Shown here in pieces: positions 54,511 to 64,000 of a stretch of DNA of 64,000 nt; position 1 is the first letter of the stretch, and every line of letters begins with the position of its first letter. The position numbers and the translations under genes were made by a program. Source of the DNA: the human T2T-CHM13v2.0 reference genome, Homo sapiens. Under the pieces are notes generated by a model that saw only the letters and a list, made by a program, of their open reading frames with translations, ran no database searches and was not told the DNA's origin. The DNA lies in NCBI RefSeq assembly GCF_009914755.1, contig NC_060928.1; one strand, written 5' to 3'.

Positions 54511-55467
54511 TTTTTAAATCATTTTAGATTTAATCTTTCTTTATGCTTAACCAGCTTGTTTATCCTTGTCTTCTAAAAAGAACCTATGTTAAGATATATA
54601 ATTTGCTAATCTTGTTCTACATAATACTGAGTATTTTAATATATTCAGGACCTGAAGAAGAATGAAAAATAAATGGCCATTGTACTTCATTTTAATTTCT
54701 GATTAATATAAATATATACCTATGTATGTATATTCATATGCATTTACATAGATATATTAGATATCTGTGCATATATAATTTTTCTGTCTCACATAGATAG
54801 CATTGCTCAATAAAAAATACTTTTGTCATTTGCTAAATGACCTTTTACATGCAGGATTAATATTTTCAATAATATAATCTCAAACTAAATAATTAATTTG
54901 CACTTAGGAGTCAAGCTGAGATATACACAAAATGTTTGTCTGTATTTTAATTAGAATGTATAATTAGGAAAGGGACAGGGATATATCCAATTATGACTCT
55001 GGAGTCCCATGGAAAAAAAACAAGACAAAAATAAAAGAGAAGCTCTGTTGCCAGAACTGGAAATAAGGACAGAGAAAGAATAGGGTAAAATTTAGTTCAA
55101 TTCTGAGTCTTCTGACTTTAAAAGTTCACTACTTCTTAAATATTGTCCAACTAAGAAAGCAACTGGTCCCCAAATCTAGATAGATCTGAGTCCTCAGGTG
55201 CATGTCAAAGGACTTCAACTTTGGAGGGAAGATGCTATGGGGCCTAGGCGACAGTGAGGTTAGCCTAATCATCTATTTTGCCTTGTCAAATATAAATCTG
55301 TTTGTCAATCTGATGTTATTTACATTTTTTGGAAAGTATTATTTTAAAGACATCTTTGAGATAATTAAAATTTTTGTAAGAAACACTCTCAATTTATGTG
55401 TAGATATCATAATTACTATATTTTAAATTCATCTGATTAGAAGTACAAGGAAAAGTTTTGTAGGAGT

Positions 55468-55655
55468 TTTAGAATGTGAAGGCTGAAAAGACTCAGATAA
55501 TTTAGTCTACTTCCATTGAGTTATAGGTGATGAAACTAAAATCCATAAATTTTAGTTGATTTGCTCTAAGTCATAAAGCTAGTTCATGGGGCAAAACTGG
55601 TGCTAGATTCTGAGTCTCCAGAATCCTGATTCAATTATTTCCCCAGTATGTCATA
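55468..55655 (-). mobile_element. MIR SINE
   Basis: ataggtgatgaaactaa...gatttgctctaagtcataaagctagtt. Confidence 0.6.
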
Positions 55656-55999
55656 ACACCTCACATTGCCCTCATATATGTGCCCTAAAAGATGCCTATT
55701 TTTCTCCATCATTGTATATTTGACTATTGATTTTGTGAGCTTTCTGATAGTCTGTTCTGTTATTGAAATGCCAGAGTAATTAAAATAGTATTTGTTTTTA
55801 ATATATGTAGAAATATATAACTATACATGATACATATATTTTATATATGTAATTGTAACCATCATCAACTTCATATGTTAAGAGTCCCTATTTTTTTTTA
55901 TATTTAAAGTAACCTAGGTACATTTTTATTATGTTTCTCCTTTAATACAATAAACCCATTCTATGGAAATTACTTCTTGTATTTTTACTTTAATTTAGT

Positions 56000-56150
56000 G
56001 ATTAATTCATTTATTCATGGATTTATTAAGAAAACAAAGTTATAGAGTGCCTGTTATATGTTAGCAAGTCTTTTAGGTACTAGAGAACTACTAATAACAA
56101 TGAACAGAAAAGGAACAATAGATACATACCTAGTTCTTAAGGAACATCTA
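56000..56150 (-). mobile_element. L2 3' end
   Basis: attcatttattca...gagtgcctgttatatg...taggtactagaga. Confidence 0.5.
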
Positions 56151-57375
56151 CTTTTTTTTTTCTTGGCATAAAATTTTTCTCGTGATAGAAAAACTGAATA
56201 ATTAAAACACAGCAGTTTAAACATGACTTTAAGTCAGTTTATGTGGTTTTCAGAGTATATTTAAATGTCACATTAGATTAACTAGTCATCTCAGATTGAA
56301 TTTGAAAACATTTTCAGTATTCTGCTCAGGTTATTCCAAGAATTTTCTTTTATTAGTAAAAAATAGTAGTATTTTAAATCATTTGAATAATTAATGTCCC
56401 CAGAATCCTCTAACCCCATTAGATCTATCTCCACTTTGCCTATTCAACACCATCTTACACATTGTTTTATTGTTATTTGTCATTGCAATAATGGGATCAC
56501 TTGATCAAAAAACGTTTTACTGTATCTTTATTATATATATTGTGAAAATTTCTACCTATAATATTGCATAAATGAAAGCTCTCAAAATTTTAGATTGCTC
56601 ATTTTCAGAAATATTTCAAGTCTATTAGGTATCCTCAGATTATAAAATATAACTCAGTATAACAGGAGAACATGGTATATTGTTTTTATATTTTAATTTT
56701 CAAAATAAATGATATTGAAAACATTTTAATATGTTTTGGCTCATTTTTATTTTTTGAGGGGGTAATCATTCCTTTGCCCACATTTTTTTATAGAAATCAT
56801 GGTTTTTCCATTTTACTTTCTGTGATATGTTTTAATTTATTTTTCCAGCTTGTCTTTTTTCTCACTCTTCATGTTTTTCAATAGAAATTACATTTTAATA
56901 TATATAATATTTTCTTCATGGATTCCTAAATTTTATTTTGTTTAGAAAAACCTCTGTCTCCATTATTATAAATAGTTGCTTTCTTCAAGACCTATTAAAT
57001 ATTATTTGCATTTAAATATCATCTGTAATTCATTTTATATGATAAAAATATAAGACTGATGTTTTCCAAATTGAAAATAAATTACTCCATGTGTAAAATA
57101 TTCCTTTTGCTTTCTAGTTTGTGAAGCCTCTGAAAGAATTTAGTACTTTTGCAATGTTGCTATTGTGCAGAAATGAATGGAAAATAACAAAATTGATACC
57201 AAAAACCCTCTTTAAGAACATATCTTAATATATTGTGTTGAGGGAAGATAGTAGCTTGCATGACGTGGGTGGCAGTATAGATGGAGAGGAGTAAAGATGT
57301 TTGTACAAATTGAAAACTTAAAGGGACTGTTGATTGATAGAAGTTTGTAAAGGGGAGAGGAAGAGAGAGAAAGAT

Positions 57376-57453
57376 ATACATATACAAAAGGATAATGTTT
57401 TAGATACATATACAAAAGGATAATGTGTTGGATACATATACAAAAGGATAATG
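57376..57453. repeat. 28-bp minisatellite, 2.8 copies
   Basis: Core atacatatacaaaaggataatg occurs three times exactly, with spacers ttttag and tgttgg. Confidence 0.92.
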
Positions 57454-58862
57454 AGGTGAAAATTAACAATGAAGAAAGAGGAGATTTATATGTAGAAAGA
57501 GATATGAAGACATTTCTGGTCAGAAATGACATGGTAAGTGCAAGTTTAATGATAACTTGCAGTACAAAGGTACTTGTACTTTTAAGGTAGATAACAGTGC
57601 CCTTGGAAGCTAAATTAGGAGGTAGAAAGAATATAAACTACTTTGTATTGGTCAGAGTACTACAGATAAAGACTTGAATAAAATGAAACTCGGAAAACAT
57701 TGAAAGGCACTTAGGATATATTGAAATTCAAGAAACTGATGGTGTCAAAAAATATCTGGTAAATATTCTGACACATAAGTTAGTTGTGCTTCAAGTACAT
57801 GGGAGCACATGGGAGCTGACAAATTGGTATCCCATCACACTGAGAGTCTGTGAATATTTTTAGATTTTTTTAAAGGAGATTCTGAGTGCACCTGATGACA
57901 ATTAAGGAACACTATGCTTCTTTCTTCTGTGATCCCAAGCAATTCAGCTCTAGCCCAATCTTGCATAGCACAAGCAGGAAAAAAAAAAAAAAAAAAGCCC
58001 TGTTTCTCACAGGATCTTCACTTAGAAATCAGATTATTGACTAGTCTTCAGCAAGTTCCTGTGGAATTTAATCCTCTACATAAAGAGACTTTGTAGGTTT
58101 TCCTTCCAATTCTGTACTGCCATATTCTTCCTTAGATGAGTTCTGGTTAAGTACATTTTTCTCTTCAAGATTGTTGACCCAGGCATCTGCTTTACTGACC
58201 CAGGCCTTAAATCAACATCTGATGACAGAAAATCAAAGCTGCTCATAGGAATTAAGTTGAAGCAGAGAGAGAAAAGAAGAGAGAGACAGAGGGGTGTAGA
58301 GAAAGGACAGATATTCTAATGACACAGAATCAAGAACAAAATATGGTAGCATGACTGAATTCAGGGAGGAAAAGTAGCAATAAACAACTCACAAAGCAGT
58401 AATGGAATTGCTTTAAACAGAGATCTTATGCAATATTTGAGGCAGAGTCCAGAGGAAACAATGATGGAACATAAGAGCATTCTCATTCTGGAGTATTTAG
58501 CCCCAGTAAATCTATGAATAAAACCAACAGTTAAGGACTTCGTCTCTTATGCGATGGACAGTGAAATAAGGTTGAATTAATAGGCATTGTGATCTTTGGC
58601 CTGAAAGAAGGATCCATAAGCCTACTCTGTTATCTTCTGTTTGTTCTACCAAGAATAAAGACATCGTTAGAACAAACGAGTATTAAAGGGAATTCATTCT
58701 ACTTCTGCACTGAGCATTTAAGAATTGGAGCAGAGCACCTTTTTACATGGATTCAAGTAATAACAGACTATATACTTTGCAAATCAGTCAGTTTTGTAAA
58801 GTTATGCTTATGATGATCCTGCATACGTGGTGTTAACTTTTTACAATGCTTAACTGATCTAA

Positions 58863-58866
<4 letters not shown>

Positions 58867-58893
<27 letters not shown>

Positions 58894-59179
58894 CGGCAAC
58901 GGAGTTTCACTGTTGTTGCCCAGGCTGGAATGCAATGGCGCAATCTCGGCTCACTGAAACCTCTACCTCCCAGGGTTCAAACCATTCTCCTGCCTCAGCT
59001 TCCCAAGTAGCTGAGATTACAGGCACCTGCCACCATGCTCTGCTAATTTTCTGTATTTTTAGTAGATAGGGGTTTTCACCATTTTGGCCAGGCTAGTCTC
59101 AAACTCCTGACCTCAGGTGATCCACCTGCCTTGACCTCCTAAAGTACTGGGATTCAGGTGTGAGTCAGCGCGCCTGGCC
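58867..59179 (-). mobile_element. Alu SINE (AluS)
   Basis: Long poly-T plus dimer, TSD AACTGATCTAA(C/T)CTCTT. Confidence 0.96.
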
Positions 59180-59657
59180 AACTGATCTAATCTCTTAAGT
59201 GCAATTGTGTTTATTCTTTCTTTCAATATTTATTTCCATGGTACCTTGAAACACGACACATTCTCATAGCACTTGATATTTGTTATTCCAGTTCTATCAG
59301 TCCCCAAATCAGCAAAATCTGACAGCAATTTACAATTCTTGCAGTGACATATTGAGAAGATTAAGCTGTCAAACTCTGATTTTTTTGATATCTCTTTTCT
59401 TCTGGGAGAAATTTTAAAAGGAATTTAGATGTCAGTAAGTGAATTAATTATAGTCCTTCAATTGAAGGAGGCACTATTGACAAAAGTTTGTTCAGTAATA
59501 TAACTGTATTTGTGTAATTTAATTCCAAATAAAAGAATATTATGAGACAAGGTAGACTTTTTAAAGCATAATGCTATAGGATAAGACAGACTGTCAAAAT
59601 GAATTGAGATATTGAGCTTTCTTACCCCAGTCTTATCCAAAAAAAGAGTAATGACTT

Positions 59658-59892
59658 TAAAATACGATGTTATGGGATACATATAGTAAAATGGTTACTG
59701 CGGTGAAGGTGATTAACATATTTATCATCTTACGTAGTTATTTATGTGTGTGTGTGTGTGTGTGCGTGTGTGACAAGAGCAGCTAAAACCTACTTATTTA
59801 ACAAAAACCCTAATACAATTTTATTAATGATAGTCCTCATATTGTACATTAGATCTCTGGACTTGTTCATTCTTCATATCTGCTATTTTGTC
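59658..59892 (-). mobile_element. L1MA (about MA8-10) 3' end with (TG)n
   Basis: gattaacatatttatcatct...atagtcctcatattgtacattagatctctggacttgttcat. Confidence 0.75.
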
Positions 59893-60769
59893 TTAAAAAT
59901 GGAACATTCTTATAGGCGTGATTTCTTATGCTAGTTTCAAAAATTTGACAAGAGAATAATATTAAAAATAGACATAAATTAGTTTTAAAATACATGCTGA
60001 AAAACTATTTTTCTGGTTTTGAAATTGATTATATTTTATATGTATATATATTCCATTCCTTATTTCAAATTATCAAGTGGATATTAAATATATAGAACAT
60101 AACTTGCAATGAGGATGCAGAACTTACCACAGAAAAGATAGCAATAGACTCTGCTGCAAGATTTCACTTGGAAGCCACTAGCAACAACTCTCATTTACAG
60201 TTTATTCATATTCATGTTTTTGCCCTAGCTGCCCTGATGTGCCTAGATGAGACTTCTTTTTGACCTTGCCAATCTCACACGAGTGAGATTATTGGAAAAT
60301 AGGAATCCTACAGACAAAGATTCTTGAAATGAGTCAGCTTCAGGCATTTCCTCTGCAATTAAGGGGAGCAACATTTCTATAGGGTGTTGTGGAAGGGAAT
60401 ACACTTGAATGGGCAATTAGTCTAGCACAATTTTGCTGGCAGTTTTACATTATGCTGAAGTGGTTAAAATTTAAGTGAGATATAAGGGGTAGCCCATTCT
60501 ATTTTCTTCTGAGAAATGATGTCGACAGATTTATTTTTCAGGAAGTCAGAGACATGTATGTTCTCTATTCTTCTAATCATTTATTTAGAAATAGAGATCA
60601 AAATTCTCTTTTCCTGATGATTCCATTCTTTTTCAGATTACCTCTTTACTCTGCTCAAAGCTATATATTAAGTTTATTCTAGCTTCTATTTGTCAACTAG
60701 TTTGAAGATAATTCTATTAATAAGTACATATAAATTATCTACCATTGACTTGGCAGTTCATGAGACTAG

Positions 60770-62790
60770 AAACAGGACATAATTCTAAATGCATATATAT
60801 AGAATTATTCTTTAGTTTTTTAAAAGATATTAGAATTGCAAAGACAGAATAAGAGTATATAAAATACTTTTATAAGTATATAAACTAAATAATAAATTAA
60901 ATATGATGCTAAGTGCAAAGTTTTTTTTTTTTTAATGGGATGAATAGACCAGTGTTGACTTTGTTCTCCAAAAGATTGGAGGATAAATGAGGTGAGTTGA
61001 ATTTTTCTTTTGGGTGGGGGAAGAGAGGTCTATAAGCTTTTTTATTCATTACAAATGTAAATAAACCTAAGAAAACTAATGCGGTATAATGTAAAATTGT
61101 AAATTGCACTTCTGCAAACTTCTAGAGTCCTACTTTCCAAGGTCTACCAGTTTTAACCATTATATATTTGTGTGATTCTAGTGGATTCTCCTGTAAGTCT
61201 AACCTTATGCCTTGTTTCATCGTCTTTAAACTGCATCGTTTGATTTTCTCTTATGGAAAATAAGGAATATAACTAGCATTACTCTGTTTTAACTTCCTAT
61301 CCTCTGCTTACAATATTTTTAGTCATTTTGTTTTGCTATTGGTAAGCTTTATAATGTGCATCACTATTTCTTGATCCATCAAATTTCAGGTTTCTATTGC
61401 CATTCTGTGAAATACAATGAGGAAATTAGTTCCTCTTCAATGCTCTACCTGACTTACACACCCAGTTGTATGACTGTCATCATCATTATTACACTGTAAA
61501 AGAATTATATACTTTACATCCCAGTTTATGATTTCATCACCATTTGCTTACCTTGTAATTCCTAACGATGTTTATTCTTTTTGACAAAAAGAAAAAAGTT
61601 TGTGCTCTATATGCTCACTTTGTTGTTAAGAATTTTCTTCTGCTCAGACAAATCCAATTTCTTCTTGAGGTATACTTTTTAAAGCCTGCTAAATTATTTT
61701 TCTAATTTACATCAGTTTATGTATTGGATTATCAGATAGCTATTATTCTAGGACGTATATTCATTGCACTCATAGGTGAAGCCCATTGTTCTGCGAAATC
61801 TATGATAACTACTTAATTGTAACCTTTTCATTTTTATTGTATACGATCAAAATTTATCACCAAGTAACTTTTTAAAAGAGGTCCAAAAAAGTAAGCTTCC
61901 TGGTTAAATACATGTATGAAAAATCTAATTTAATATGGCCTTATTTTAAAAATTATTTTGGCTGGCTAATTACTTCCAGTTTAAAAACATTTTCTCATAA
62001 CTTTCAGGCATTATTTTTTCTCTAGAATTTAGTGTTACTAATTAGAATTCTGAGGTCTTTCTTATTTGTTAGTCTTTTTTGTTCTTCTATTTTCCTTGAA
62101 TCTTGAAGATTTTGTGATTGCATGTGTCTGGAGGTCACTTTTTCAGTCACTGAGTGAGTGCTCAATGAGGCATGACCATCTTAAAATATATACCTTGGAT
62201 TTTTTTTCTAATAATTTTATCCCCTCCATTTTCTTTATTCTCTCTGAGATTTTACTTTAGTGGATATTGCACTGACTGCTTAGGTCCTCTGGATAGTTTA
62301 TCTTTTCTCTGTTATTCCTAATGTCTGTAATATGGGATGTTTCTCTGTTTTCAACTTTCATTGTTTGTACATAAAGTTACATATATATTTAATGCATATA
62401 AGATCTTCTGTTTTAGGAATTGTTCCACTGTCAGGGAATTCATTCCTTATTTTGTAGTGTATCTTCTCAAAATTCTCTCAGAATCCTCTTTGCTAAGTTA
62501 TTTCTATTTTTTCAGAGAGAGATACTATGCTTTGGTCTTTCTGTTTTACAGTGATGATTTTTGGATTTGTGTGATGGCTGTTCTGTGAACATTTCATAAC
62601 TAAGAATAGAGACGTGGACAGCTGCTAAGAATTTTCTTTGTTATTGTGATAGTTGCTTTTTTCCTCCATTATGTCCCTCCCTTTACAATATCTGAGACAC
62701 AGCTCTGTGTATGTGGATAGACTGTATTAAGTATATTCCTTGGACCAAGCATGTGAGCAACTGCTTACCAGATTGTGGACCCCCAAGTGC
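60770..62790 (-). mobile_element. Highly degraded old L1ME/HAL1-like sequence
   Basis: T-rich antisense L1-like words (ttattttggctgg, ttctctagaatttagtgttact...aattctgag). Confidence 0.4.
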
Positions 62791-62819
62791 AAAGGGGAAG
62801 ACTTAGCCCAGGAACACCT

Positions 62820-63275
62820 AGGTAGGCAGAATAATGGCTGGCCACAGACACCCACATCCTCATTACAGAAGCAATTAAGTTAGAGAGCTTGAGATGGAGA
62901 GGTTATCTTGGATTGTTACGTTGCACTCAGTGAATGTAATGACAATGGTCCTTACAAGTGAGAGGCAGACAGGAATGTCAGAGTCAGAGATGGAGGTGTA
63001 ATGACAGAAGGAGAGATCAGTGATGCAGTTGATGGCTATGAAGACAGAAGGAGGACATGGGGCATGGGATGTAGGTAGCCTATAGAAGCTGCAAAGGGTA
63101 AGGAAACAGATTCTTTCCCAAAACCTCCAGAAAAAAACACAGTTCTGTTGACTGCTTGATTTTAGCCCAGTGAGACTATTTTGGATTTTTAACCTCCAAA
63201 ACCATGAGACTTGTATTATTTTAAGTCACTAAATTTGTGGTAATCAGTTATAACAACCATCAGAAACAAATGTTA
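62820..63275 (+). mobile_element. MLT1D-like MaLR LTR
   Basis: ggtaggcagaataatggc...aaggaaacagattct...gattttagcccagtgagac...ttttaagtcactaaatttgtggtaat. Confidence 0.85.
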
Positions 63276-64000
63276 ATTTTGGTACCTGGAAGTGGGTTAC
63301 AACAAATAAAAAATATGTGGAAGGGGCTATGGAATTAGGCAGTGGGCAGGACTGGAAGAGTTTTGAGGGACATGATGAAAACAGCCTAGATTGCTTTGAA
63401 CAGTAGAGTGAGGAATATGTTATTGGAAAATGGAGGAAATATCATATAATATTATGTAGTGGCAGAAAGCTTAGTTGACACATGTCCGACACAAGTAATA
63501 TGGCAAGCAGTTATATGGTAAACGAAACATGGAAACTATAAATTCAAACATTTAGCTGAGGAGATTTCCATGAACAGAGTTGAAAGGATGGTTGGTTTCA
63601 TTTTCTGCTTATAGTAAAATGTAAGAGGAAAGAGATGGATTGAAGGAAGAAATGTTAAGCAAAGAGAAACTAGACTTGATGATTTTGGAAATTATCAGCC
63701 TTTTCAGACGGCCAAAATTAGGAGATTCATTCCAGAAAAGTATGCTCTGGAGAGAAAGCCAAAGGTGTGGCTGGGCAACCTTTTGCTACTGCCTGGAAAA
63801 ATCCAAAGGTCAGAATGTTCCCTCTCACAGAGAGCTCACTGAAAGGATTAGGCAGATGACTTATGGGTTCCCTCACTCATCAGAAATGAAAAATAGGGAT
63901 GGGATTATCCAGAAAAGATATGTGGACAAGCCTCTTGTCTGTTTAAGTGAATCTAGGACACACACATGGAAGACCTACATGGATAACATTCCTGAGAATG
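63276..64000 (+). mobile_element. MLT1-int (MaLR internal sequence), runs off the window
   Basis: attttggtacctggaagtggg directly after the LTR, then ggactggaagagttttgag and tttagctgaggagatttcc. Confidence 0.75.

Noticed and set aside
57376-57453. Identical 22-bp repeats with variable spacers, superficially CRISPR-like
   Set aside because: Spacers are only 6 bp and similar to each other, there are 3 copies, the context is eukaryotic and there are no cas genes. It is a minisatellite.

Overview
Primate (human-like) AT-rich intronic or intergenic DNA. It is not prokaryotic: it carries AluJ/S/Y SINEs, L1PA/PB/MA LINEs, an LTR12 fragment, MER41, MaLR LTRs and Tigger/hAT fossils. I see no CpG island, no credible protein-coding exon, no tRNA/rRNA/snRNA gene and no CRISPR array. 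The ORF-track entries are decayed L1 ORF2 pieces, antisense Alu frames or chance ORFs. I cannot support a novel multi-gene system here. The most unusual structures cluster at 49.4-50.5 kb: a tailless AluY with perfect target-site duplications, a 103-bp LTR12 terminal fragment between two 72-bp copies of AluJ sequence, and a perfect 15-bp hairpin in the same Alu. Also notable are a three-level nest (MER21C > internally deleted L1MA > MER1B) and a few repeat-free candidate regulatory elements. Repeat family names come from recall of consensus sequences, not a database search, so subfamily calls and the boundaries of old elements are approximate.
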